DNA of 64,000 nt from a virus, in the IMG/VR virus record IMGVR_UViG_3300049846_001717, positions 34,056 to 98,055 of that record; one strand, written 5' to 3'. The stretch's first letter is position 1. The number at the start of each line of letters is the position of its first letter. A program made the position numbers and the translations under genes. Under the pieces are notes generated by a model, which saw nothing but the letters and a program-made list of their open reading frames with translations, was not told where the DNA came from and did not search any database. Of this stretch, positions 1 through 8,183 are shown in pieces.

Positions 1-55
1 TTGAACCATCACTTATCGAAAGGTAATGAGCCTCTCAGTTGACATGTTCACCAGC
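1..55 (-). tRNA. tRNA with CAT anticodon (Met/Ile2), reduced D-arm, 3' end cut off by window edge
   Basis: revcomp GCTGGTG...GAGAGG-CTCATTA-CCTTTC...GATGGTTCAA. Confidence 0.5.
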
Positions 56-248
56 TGTGTGAACACCGCTTCTTCCAATTGAGCGACACCGGCATTTCTA
101 TTTCTTCTTTGCGACGTACTTGTGATTTGGATGAAACCACGTGCAGGCACACGGTTTACCAATCGTGCTATGACACTGACCTTCACTTAAGTGGTGATAT
201 TTGGCCGTATGACCACAATCACACTTCACGTTCTTTGGAATCGTCATA

Positions 249-331
249 TGCGGATGAAGGGAGTCGAACCCTTAACCTATTCAGTACTAGATCCTAAGTC
301 TAGCGCGTACTGCCAATCCCGCCACACCCGC
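249..331 (-). tRNA. tRNA-Leu(TAG)
   Basis: cloverleaf; anticodon arm CTAGA-CTTAGGA-TCTAG; long variable arm; GGTTCGACTCC. Confidence 0.93.
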
Positions 332-552
332 GTATCGTACGTTTTTGGTAGAACGTACAAACTATCCGAGAGATGCCCCTCCGGCCAATCCATTTTGACG
401 GAATGGATAAACCGTGTTGTTTCCCCGCTACCAAATGATGGTCCTGTCTATCGGATGCCTTGTCAGTGCGCCGTCATTACGGCGTGCGTCAGAATCGATG
501 AACGTTTCCTAGGACATTCATAAACCCCTCGGCCCTTACTCCTATAAGTATA

Positions 553-1935
553 CTACATCACCGCGTTTTTGGCAAGCCCCGGTCGATTTTTCAGTTTATT
601 CCGAAATCGAAATATTGGAGTTTGCTGTTCCACCGGGGTCGGTTCAACCGTGGTCGGTGGGGTTGCCACGAACTCGACGGGTTGAAGGGCTTCCGTTACC
701 GTATCTCGCATCATTATGAACAGTTCACCCTGTGCGGCCGCCATGCTGATCTCTCGTTCCTTGTACTTCTGGCTGAACCGTTCTGCGCCGTCGGTATCAC
801 CAGGAAAGAACTTCAAATAGAGCTTGACGAGTTGTTGCCGTGATGCGTTGTCCACCAGAATCCGTCGGTCAATGCGACCAGGTCGAATCAACGCCGGATC
901 CAAATGTTCGATATGGTTGGTGGTCATGATGATGATACGGGGCGAATCGGACACCATAACACCATCGATGGAATTCAAGACTTCACTGAACGAGGCCGTG
1001 CGCTTCTTTGGCGCGTCCTCTTTCTTATCACCAGAAGAGGGTTCGGGCTCTTCGTTCATCAAAATCGTTGACGACCGCGAACTCATACCCAACAACGTGG
1101 CGTCTACATCTTCAATCAAGAGGATGCTATTACCCGGCAAACTACTCAACGACACATCCATTTTCATCATCTGTTCCGACGTATATCGGCAGATGGTCAT
1201 ATTGAGTTCAGATGCCAACGTTCGAACCAACGTGGTTTTACCGTTGCCCGGCGGGCCATATAGGATGTAGCCGCGGCGAAATGGCACACCCAATCCCAAA
1301 TACCAATCTTTCTTTGCAAGAAACTGACGAATGTCTGTGGCCAACATGTCGATGGTATTGTTGTCATCGATGACCGTTTCCTTGCTTCGTTTTGCGGTAT
1401 ACCCGACGACCACCCATCCGTTTTGTGACGTCCATTGCATGACCGGAACCGTGTCCGTTCGCAACGATGCATTGTATGCATCCGTCATGTGTTTGAGAAA
1501 CGATTCCACAATCTTTCGACTGTTGCGACCCGTTCGGGCCAGATGGATCTTTCGAACTTCCATTGTCGATTCTTTATTGGCTTTTTCCGAGGAGAACGAC
1601 ACGAAGATTCGTTTTCCTTCATGAAGAATCTTGAACGAACCGGTTTTTGGACGAAGACGGGGCGTATAGACGTAGGTACCGTTTTTCTGTCGTGTGTAAT
1701 CCCATGTGGTGTTCATCACGTTGATCCGTCGATCCGTGTGATGATTATCGAAATACCAATTGACGACTACGCTGACTTCCAGTTCGGTCGAAAATCGAAA
1801 GTACGAGAATGCTCTAGACCAATATTTGCTAAACGTCGATTTTGCCAGTGTAACGGCCGTACCCATCAATCCAAGAACAAAGCCACCTTGGAACAGTGGA
1901 TTCTGCGTCAATCCTTCAAATAACGGTAACGTCAT
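553..1935 (-). CDS. BCS1-like membrane-anchored AAA+ ATPase
   Basis: N-terminal TM; RRGYILYGPPGNGKT Walker A; LLIEDVD Walker B; TTNHIEHLDPALIRPGRID SRH. Confidence 0.9.
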   Translation of the reverse strand: MTLPLFEGLTQNPLFQGGFVLGLMGTAVTLAKSTFSKYWSRAFSYFRFSTELEVSVVVNWYFDNHHTDRRINVMNTTWDYTRQKNGTYVYTPRLRPKTGSFKILHEGKRIFVSFSSEKANKESTMEVRKIHLARTGRNSRKIVESFLKHMTDAYNASLRTDTVPVMQWTSQNGWVVVGYTAKRSKETVIDDNNTIDMLATDIRQFLAKKDWYLGLGVPFRRGYILYGPPGNGKTTLVRTLASELNMTICRYTSEQMMKMDVSLSSLPGNSILLIEDVDATLLGMSSRSSTILMNEEPEPSSGDKKEDAPKKRTASFSEVLNSIDGVMVSDSPRIIIMTTNHIEHLDPALIRPGRIDRRILVDNASRQQLVKLYLKFFPGDTDGAERFSQKYKEREISMAAAQGELFIMMRDTVTEALQPVEFVATPPTTVEPTPVEQQTPIFRFRNKLKNRPGLAKNAVM

Positions 1936-2098
1936 TGGTCCGTGTGTGTAGGGTTTTCAAATTCAGGAGCACCAAGCTCTGCCGCGAATTCCGGATCCAC
2001 CGCGGCTAATTGTCGATGGGCCGACACTTGTAGGAATATTGACTCTCGTTCTTTTTCAGTCATATCGTCTACATCGATATATTTGATCATATCGAACA

Positions 2099-2245
2099 TT
2101 AGTAACAGCCACCACACCAACTTTGATGATAACTATGACGGTCTTCCCATTCAACCGGCCGTGGTGCCGGACGTCGTTCTCGGTATTCTGCAACCCGTCC
2201 ACACCCGGGACATTCGTATACCGTGATGAAGTACCAGCATTTCAC
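2099..2245 (-). CDS. small Cys-rich (Zn-ribbon-like) protein
   Basis: CPGC...CGGC; GTG start overlaps stop of upstream ORF. Confidence 0.5.
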   Translation of the reverse strand: MKCWYFITVYECPGCGRVAEYRERRPAPRPVEWEDRHSYHQSWCGGCY

Positions 2246-2397
2246 GGCTTTTGATGTTTGTTTTTGGGTCGATGATGACAGCTTGAACACTTTTCCCCCG
2301 GCCGTACTTTGGCCATATCACATGAACACCACTGACTTCGAGCACCTTTCGGGGTGGTTTTCTTCACCCGATTTTCTTTTTTGAGCGGATATTTCAT
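2242..2397 (-). CDS. 51-aa basic Cys-rich protein (below ORF-track cutoff)
   Basis: MKYPLKKENRVKK...WCSCD...KCSSC; translated by hand. Confidence 0.5.
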   Translation of the reverse strand: MKYPLKKENRVKKTTPKGARSQWCSCDMAKVRPGEKCSSCHHRPKNKHQKP

Positions 2398-2398
2398 A

Positions 2399-2472
2399 CG
2401 CCCCCGGCAGGATTCGAACCTGCACTAATGGAGATTAGAAGTCTCCCTGACTGTCCTGTTGCCGACGGGGGC
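2399..2472 (-). tRNA. tRNA-Arg(TCT)
   Basis: GGAGA-CTTCTAA-TCTCC; GGTTCGAATCC; begins immediately after release-factor stop codon. Confidence 0.92.
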
Positions 2473-3145
2473 TTATTGTAATAGTTCGAGTTGACCTCGG
2501 AGTACGTCTTTCAACCGGACTTTCTTATCCGATCGATGATCGGTGACGATACCGTCCTGTTCCCGATACGTTCGAATCTTATCGCCTCGCATTCCCGAAC
2601 CTACAAGCTGTTTGCGGTCACCATCGGCTTGCCGTTTCGATTGTTCGGCCATATACGTGGCTACTCGATGTTCCAACAGTTCACGAGCAGTACGACGATT
2701 CTGATGTTGACTCTTCTCTGCGGCTTTCGCTTCGATCTTTGTTGGTTCGTGCCGCATGATGACACATGATTCAGTCTTGTTACGATGTTGACCGCCGGGG
2801 CCGGAATCCTTAGTGGTAAACGTCGTAATGTCTGATTCCTTCAATCGCCATGACGCAGGTTCTTTGATCTCAAAGACGGCTACGGTGACGGTTGATGTGT
2901 GAACCCGACCACGACGTTCGGTGGGCGGAATACGTTGCCATCGATGACCACCTGATTCATTCATCAATAATCGGAGCTTTGAATCGGTGCCTTCGATGAT
3001 CAGGTCAAAGACTACCTCGGTTCTCCGAAATCACGGACGCGCCGAGACGAGAGGCAAACGACAGATAGATGTTGGCTTGGTTGGACACGAGCAGTTTTGC
3101 ATCAGTGCCACCTTCACCAGGTCGGATTTCTACGAGGTATTTCAT
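2473..3145 (-). CDS. class I peptide chain release factor, RF1-like (PxT), lacking domain 1; about 223 aa via programmed +1 frameshift at 3004-3010
   Basis: frame 0 (3145-3008) MKYLVEIRPGEGGTDAKLL...RGSL then TGA; +1 frame DLIIEG...NESGGHRWQRIPPTERRGRVHTS...SGPGGQHRNKTES...EKSQHQN...RGDKIRTY. Confidence 0.9.
3004..3019 (-). promoter_or_regulatory. prfB-type +1 ribosomal frameshift cassette
   Basis: CGAGGT-AGT-CTT-TGA-C: internal SD, 3-nt spacer, slippery CTT, UGA-C. Confidence 0.88.
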
Positions 3146-3167
3146 CGAAATTCTCATTAAAGGAAAG

Positions 3168-3244
3168 TGCTCCTAGTGGGACTCGAACCCACACTTGACG
3201 GCTTCTCGAACCGTTGACTCTGCCTGAGATTGGTCTACAGGAGC
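3168..3244 (-). tRNA. tRNA-Leu(GAG), short variable loop, C at position 33
   Basis: ACGGT-TCGAGAA-GCCGT; 5-nt variable loop; GGTTCGAGTCC. Confidence 0.75.
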
Positions 3245-3288
3245 ATTAATGTCGGTTTTGAGAGAACCGACAAACTCGTATGACTCGC

Positions 3289-3558
3289 TTAGGCGATCGT
3301 CCATTCGGAAATGGAGCGGCCCTTTGCAGCGGGACGGCTCGAGTACGTATACCCGACCTGTTCGAAGCCATTGCTGAATGCAGCATTGATGAAGCTCAAA
3401 CGAGTACGGACCTTCATTTCATCGATGCCGTTCTTGCCGAGGTAGTTGTGCGCGTCATCGGCCGTTACAACGCCCGACGAACGACGATTTGCGAGGCTAC
3501 GTAGATAGCCACGGAGGCCCGATACCATCTTTTCACGCTTCTGATTTGACATAGACAT
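3289..3558 (-). CDS. hypothetical basic protein
   Basis: ORF with AGGAG SD before ATG. Confidence 0.65.
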   Translation of the reverse strand: MSMSNQKREKMVSGLRGYLRSLANRRSSGVVTADDAHNYLGKNGIDEMKVRTRLSFINAAFSNGFEQVGYTYSSRPAAKGRSISEWTIA

Positions 3559-3665
3559 TAGTGTCTCCTTGATTACAATGTGAAGGTGATTCTCCACATC
3601 ATACCGAAAGATAGTTCACATGTCGTCTTCTGTCAAGTCGTTGATATTACCTAGATTGTAGACAA

Positions 3666-3739
3666 TGCACTCGGTGGGACTCGAACCCACAAGATTTCGC
3701 TTCTGAGACGAAAATGTCTGCCAATTGCATCACGAGTGC
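3666..3739 (-). tRNA. tRNA-Leu(CAG), short variable loop
   Basis: TTCGT-CTCAGAA-GCGAA; 5-nt variable loop. Confidence 0.85.
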
Positions 3740-3742
3740 GTA

Positions 3743-3816
3743 TAGCGCTTATGGGAATCGAACCCATCATCAACTGATTGAAAGTCAGTGGTCCAGAACC
3801 GATAGACGGAAGCGCC
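3743..3816 (-). tRNA. tRNA-Glu(TTC)
   Basis: ACTGA-CTTTCAA-TCAGT. Confidence 0.92.
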
Positions 3817-3887
3817 GTGCAGGGTTGTTGTTCGCTAGTCATCGGCCGATGGCATCGCTCCCGCCAGTAACTCCCCAAACTGGCTCA

Positions 3888-3959
3888 TAGCTCTAACGGG
3901 AATCGAACCCGTCTTTGCGCCTTGAGAGGGCGCCGTCCTCGCCGATAGACGATAGAGCC
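3888..3959 (-). tRNA. tRNA-Glu(CTC)
   Basis: GCGCC-CTCTCAA-GGCGC. Confidence 0.94.
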
Positions 3960-3975
3960 ATACATTAATACATAG

Positions 3976-4050
3976 TCGAAGTGGCGAGATTTGAACTCGC
4001 ATGATGTCCTGTATCCGAAACAGGCGACTTGCCAATTAGTCCACACTTCG
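3976..4050 (-). tRNA. tRNA-Pro(CGG)
   Basis: CCTGT-TTCGGAT-ACAGG; C1:G72. Confidence 0.9.
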
Positions 4051-4346
4051 ATTTGGTGTAATAAACCATCCGGCGGCGAATTCTGCCCCACAACCACCGA
4101 CGCTAGACCGAGAGGAGTTGCCATGCCGTAGGTAAAGAATCTCGGATCTCCCACGAGTTTAGCTGAGCACCCGGCATTGGGAGTGGACTAAGTTGCCCGT
4201 ATCGAAGGCGAGAAACTGGATTCGACCGACACGACCTCGGTATACAGTGACTAACGCGTGCTAAACTCGTATCCATTGCATGTTTCTGCGGTCTTCATAT
4301 CTACTACACCAATTACTTGGAAACTTCAAACGTTATTCCAAATAAG

Positions 4347-4421
4347 TCGGAGTGGTGAGAATCGAACTCACTCGAATACCCTGATTCCAAGTCAGGGAGG
4401 CTCCCGGCGCCTTTCACTCCG
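4347..4421 (-). tRNA. tRNA-Pro(TGG)
   Basis: CCTGA-CTTGGAA-TCAGG. Confidence 0.88.
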
Positions 4422-4498
4422 ATACTACTCTAGATAGATCTTCACTACTTCTCCGATATTCCGCCTCGGGCAATGTCGCCTCGGTACCGTGCGTTCCG

Positions 4499-5185
4499 CT
4501 ATGCCGCATCCTCGTGAAGATCAAAATCGGACTCCAACATCGCTGCGCCGTACTTATTCTGCATTTTCGGATTTCGGGAGTTGTCCTTGTTGTGCTGACT
4601 CCATCCCATCGACTTGCTGACCTTCCCGTACAGACCACCCTTGAAAATCTTGTTGTGCAACTCCTGGTGCCGGCTATCGTAGGTCGTGTCCGGAATCCAA
4701 TGATGGGTGATGATGTTCGGCGTGATCGCCAACACGAACCAATAGTCATGTTTGACGAAGTAGCCTTTCTTGTCGATCTTTTTCTTGTACGGAAATCCGA
4801 CGTAGTCGGACCACTCACGATATTGAAAATACGACTTCAACTTCTCGCTCAGCGATTCGTATTTCTCGACTGTGATCCATCCCAACTTCTGGTTCCGAGG
4901 TTCCAACTGGCCGGTACGCCAGTTCATCCACAGAAAATCCTCACGACGCGAGAACTGATCGCTGTTGACCAAATCCAACGCCTGCCGAATGTCTCGAGCA
5001 TCCGTGCGATTGCGGATGTCTTCCCGCAACACGAATCGCCGTGTCCATCCGTTCTGATAATGCTCCACCGGTTCCCAGTGTCCTGCGCTTTCGTCACGCG
5101 CCCATCGGTTTCGGCGCGTCTTTTCGTACTCCGCCCACAACTTCCGCAACTTCTTTTCTTCTTCGTCCTTATGTGTACGTTTCAT
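4499..5185 (-). CDS. hypothetical protein within tRNA array
   Basis: about 228-aa ORF with GAGG SD. Confidence 0.75.
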   Translation of the reverse strand: MKRTHKDEEEKKLRKLWAEYEKTRRNRWARDESAGHWEPVEHYQNGWTRRFVLREDIRNRTDARDIRQALDLVNSDQFSRREDFLWMNWRTGQLEPRNQKLGWITVEKYESLSEKLKSYFQYREWSDYVGFPYKKKIDKKGYFVKHDYWFVLAITPNIITHHWIPDTTYDSRHQELHNKIFKGGLYGKVSKSMGWSQHNKDNSRNPKMQNKYGAAMLESDFDLHEDAA

Positions 5186-5203
5186 AGAACCTCGTAAAGA
5201 AAG

Positions 5204-5277
5204 TGCCAACTCTCGGAATCGAACCGAGCCATGCGGCTCTTCAGACCGCCGTTCCGCACCACGTAAACTTAGTTGGC
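5204..5277 (-). tRNA. tRNA-Phe(GAA)
   Basis: GCGGT-CTGAAGA-GCCGC. Confidence 0.9.
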
Positions 5278-5493
5278 TTGGAGCGGGACCGGCTTTTCAT
5301 TCCGTCAAGGGCTCCCGCTGGACCTGTATATGTGAATGATGGGCGGTCTTTTGACGGGCCGTTCACAAGAGGCGCCCTGAATCTCGTTACTGAGCCGATT
5401 TCACCCATCAAAATGGTGTTCGTATGGTAGTCGGGACCACGCATAGTGGGCATCGGTCATCCTCCCACAGCTAATCACTACCATACGAACAAG

Positions 5494-5570
5494 TCCGCCC
5501 AGTAGGAGTTGAACCTACGTGCAACCAACTAGCCTTTCTACCGTGTATCAGACGGAGGGCATATGGGCGG
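5494..5570 (-). tRNA. D-armless tRNA-Ile(GAT)-like RNA
   Basis: acceptor CCGCCCA/TGGGCGG; CCGT-CTGATAC-ACGG; T-arm GTAGG-TTCAACT-CCTAC; D-arm replaced by TATGCCCT. Confidence 0.75.
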
Positions 5571-5626
5571 TTATCTGAGTTACATGCGGATATACTTCAA
5601 TCTACTACGATCCATCTTGTGTGGCA

Positions 5627-5699
5627 AGCTCCCACCCGGTTCTGACCCGGGCTCTCTGCTTTACCAAAGCAGAATGTCAACCACGATCACTATAGGAGC
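5627..5699 (-). tRNA. tRNA-Thr(GGT), atypical T-loop
   Basis: CTGCT-TTGGTAA-AGCAG; T-loop GTCAGAA. Confidence 0.82.
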
Positions 5700-5718
5700 G
5701 TTCGTGAAACCATTGTAA

Positions 5719-5790
5719 AGCTCCATATGGGAGTTGAACCCATTTATCCCGCTTACGAGGCGGGTACATCACCCTTTATGCTTATGGAGC
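5719..5790 (-). tRNA. tRNA-Thr(CGT)
   Basis: CCCGC-CTCGTAA-GCGGG. Confidence 0.92.
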
Positions 5791-5863
5791 ATGTGGCTGT
5801 GAGATTTTGCACGTTCCCACATTTACTCTCCTCGACTGCTTCTTCGGAGTACCATCGAACCGC

Positions 5864-6000
5864 GGGCGTGTTCTGCCATTGAACTATATGTGTACGAGAA
5901 GCTGGGCACGGACTGGCACTAAGTATTCCATATTATTCCACACCGCGTGGCACCGTCTTCAAACTACTCATACGAGGAATTGAACCTCGATCTCACCCTC
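5864..6000 (-). ncRNA. circularly permuted tRNA-like RNA (YrlA/Y-RNA-like topology)
   Basis: T-arm and 3' acceptor strand precede 5' acceptor strand and D-arm. Confidence 0.6.
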
Positions 6001-6001
6001 A

Positions 6002-6074
6002 CGCTAACGGTCAGATTCGAACTGACGGCATCCTCATTACAAGTGAGGTGCATTGGCCTCTATGCTACGTTAGC
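6002..6074 (-). tRNA. tRNA-Thr(TGT)
   Basis: CCTCA-CTTGTAA-TGAGG. Confidence 0.93.
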
Positions 6075-6077
6075 AAG

Positions 6078-6153
6078 TCGGCCCGACTGGAGTTGAACCA
6101 GTGTGCACCGTCTAACCTTTCAACCGCTTATCAGGCGGAGGGTATACGGGCCG
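6078..6153 (-). tRNA. D-armless tRNA-Ile(GAT)-like RNA, second copy
   Basis: acceptor CGGCCCG/CGGGCCG; CCGC-CTGATAA-GCGG; D-arm replaced by TATACCCT. Confidence 0.75.
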
Positions 6154-6300
6154 GTAGCCGCCTTTTACTGTGGGCCTTCCCACACCGGCTCATGGCCGGA
6201 GGTACTCTACGGTTGCCTAATTGGTTGAATGTGGCCAGGTCACTGATACGTAGGCACAGCCCTTTCGGGCATCAATACGCACTTCCTCACTGCACATTCA

Positions 6301-6374
6301 TGGACACCACGGGAATCGAACCCGTCACATCGTCATTGCGAATGACAATCGCCACCCTTGGTACATTGGCGCCC
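6301..6374 (-). tRNA. tRNA-Ala(CGC)
   Basis: TGTCA-TTCGCAA-TGACG; G3:U70. Confidence 0.88.
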
Positions 6375-6444
6375 GAGCCCGCAACCGGCGATGTCCCGGC
6401 GAGTTGACCTCCCTTCAACTCTTTCATGCGGCGGATTATTTCAA

Positions 6445-6566
6445 CGGCGATGGCAGGATTCAAACCTGCATTCGTGTAACTCAAAGCGCTTTGAGAAAGA
6501 CCATACGGCCACCATGCATAGCAACCGAACGTTCGAACCACGTCTTATCAGTTAGATGACACCGCC
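6445..6566 (-). ncRNA. tRNA-like RNA with about 60-nt insertion in place of anticodon loop
   Basis: acceptor GGCGGTG/CATCGCC; D-arm-like segment; T-arm GCAGG-TTTGAAT-CCTGC. Confidence 0.6.
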
Positions 6567-6569
6567 AAA

Positions 6570-6640
6570 TGGACCGAGTGGGAATCGAACCCACGAGTGC
6601 GCCATGCCATGGCGCCAGTTTCCCGTTAGCTTACCGGCCC
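6570..6640 (-). tRNA. tRNA-Ala(GGC)
   Basis: GCGCC-ATGGCAT-GGCGC; G3:U70. Confidence 0.92.
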
Positions 6641-6660
6641 GAACAATGCTTCTAATTTCA

Positions 6661-6731
6661 TGGACCCGGGGAGAATCGAACTCCCATTATCTCGGTGCAA
6701 GCGAGATGTCCTCCCATTAAACGACGGGCCC
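6661..6731 (-). tRNA. tRNA-Ala(TGC)
   Basis: TCTCG-CTTGCAC-CGAGA; G3:U70. Confidence 0.93.
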
Positions 6732-6838
6732 AAATATCTAAACAAACTGGACTGCCTTGTGGAACACCAGTCCGCCCTCCATGTTATTTTTCTCGACTTT
6801 CATCGGCCACCTATTGATGGGGCAATCCATTTAGACAA

Positions 6839-6913
6839 CGCACCGTAGAGGAATCGAACCTCTCTATCACTGTTTAACAGACAGTCGTAATCTACCAGAC
6901 ATACCAACGGTGC
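6839..6913 (-). tRNA. tRNA-Asn(GTT)
   Basis: ACTGT-CTGTTAA-ACAGT. Confidence 0.88.
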
Positions 6914-6940
6914 ATAATTCATTACATTTTCTACGGTTAA

Positions 6941-7021
6941 ATCACCGGGTGGGAATTGAACCCACGTAGGCTTGCGCCACTGATTAACAGTCAGTTGCCT
7001 GAACCATTAGGCTACCGGTGA
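6941..7021 (-). tRNA. tRNA-Asn(GTT) with long variable arm
   Basis: ACTGA-CTGTTAA-TCAGT followed by GGC-GCAA-GCC variable hairpin. Confidence 0.82.
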
Positions 7022-7324
7022 GTAACTACCTCTTGACCCCATTAAACGATTCGGTTCTAAACCGAGGGAACTCTTGCGAGAAGAAGTACAGATCGTGTGT
7101 CGTGTGTAAATGGTGGACCCTGGGATTTCTCAATCCCACAAGTAACGTAACCTCGGGACACGACTCCCATTACGGTGCTTGACATGAAACATTCTTGGAG
7201 CCCTTAATTCATGTGTCGTGCGACAGTGGAGGCCCGTGTTCAACCTACTTCAAGGCACGACCCTTGATACAGTGATTGACTCGGTCTTGTAAAATCTTCT
7301 TAGGACTCTACACACAGGCCATAT

Positions 7325-7396
7325 AACCGCACTCGGATTCGAACCGAGATTCAGAGGGTCAAAGCCTCTTGTCCTAAACCGTTGGACGATGCGGCA
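7325..7396 (-). tRNA. tRNA-Gln(TTG)
   Basis: AGAGG-CTTTGAC-CCTCT. Confidence 0.92.
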
Positions 7397-7397
7397 G

Positions 7398-7470
7398 TTG
7401 CTCTTCTAGGGATCGAACCTAGAGTTTCCTGGGTCAGAGCCAGGCGTGTTGCCAGTTACACTAAAGAGCA
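7398..7470 (-). tRNA. tRNA-Gln(CTG)
   Basis: CCTGG-CTCTGAC-CCAGG. Confidence 0.92.
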
Positions 7471-7793
7471 AAATGTTCTTTTCTATGACAGTTGGAACAT
7501 AGTACAATACATTTTTCAACTTCTTGTAAAATTCTTGTCTTACCCCACGATCCCGCAGAAACCATTGATCCGATGTTACCGTGTTTAATGTTTGGATCTG
7601 TATGATGAAAATCTAGACATGCCGGATGTGATTCGGGGCATCGTTCACATTTCAATGTAGACTTGAATTGTTTCCACCATTCTTGCATTTCCTTACGACG
7701 GGTCTGTTTTCTTTGCAAGTACGAATCTTTATTGTTCAGATAATGTTGTTTGTTATACTGATCTTTCTGTTTTTTGGACCACTTATTTGACAT
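7461..7793 (-). CDS. HNH endonuclease
   Basis: CERC...LDFHH...CIVLCSNCHRKEH; GGAG SD before ATG at 7793; stop overlaps tRNA-Gln 5' end. Confidence 0.85.
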   Translation of the reverse strand: MSNKWSKKQKDQYNKQHYLNNKDSYLQRKQTRRKEMQEWWKQFKSTLKCERCPESHPACLDFHHTDPNIKHGNIGSMVSAGSWGKTRILQEVEKCIVLCSNCHRKEHFAL

Positions 7794-7860
7794 AATACTC
7801 TCCAATTTTGAGAGGTTGTTATGTATAAGTAGTCTGACCCAAACAGTTTCAGTCAGATAA

Positions 7861-8046
7861 TTACAACTCACTACATGGGATACAGAATGGTGCTGCGACC
7901 TGACGTTTCTTTTCTTCATCGAATCCAACGTCAATGAATTCGATTTTGTCTTCCGGGATGAAATCCGAACAGTTGACGCAAATCCACGAAATCTGTGATT
8001 TACCGTTTTCGATGACCTGCTTCACATTGCGTTTACGAACCAACAT
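7861..8046 (-). CDS. small Zn-ribbon protein
   Basis: CVNC...CIPC. Confidence 0.55.
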   Translation of the reverse strand: MLVRKRNVKQVIENGKSQISWICVNCSDFIPEDKIEFIDVGFDEEKKRQVAAPFCIPCSEL

Positions 8047-8070
8047 ACGACCTTTCTACGTTAAAGTTGA

Positions 8071-8146
8071 TACCAGTGATGGGTGCCGACCCCATTTCAA
8101 TTCCGCTTATGAGGCGGACGCCGATGCCGACCGGCTTCCCACTGGC
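8071..8146 (-). tRNA. tRNA-Met/Ile2(CAT), atypical T-loop
   Basis: TCCGC-CTCATAA-GCGGA; T-loop GTCGGCA. Confidence 0.75.
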
Positions 8147-8183
8147 GTAATGCTATTCCACCCAGGGTATTGCAGAGTAACAG

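Noticed and set aside
7100-7320. tmRNA, suggested by GGGTCCACCA
   Set aside because: No canonical T-loop, no matching 5' acceptor strand, no tag ORF identified, and too short
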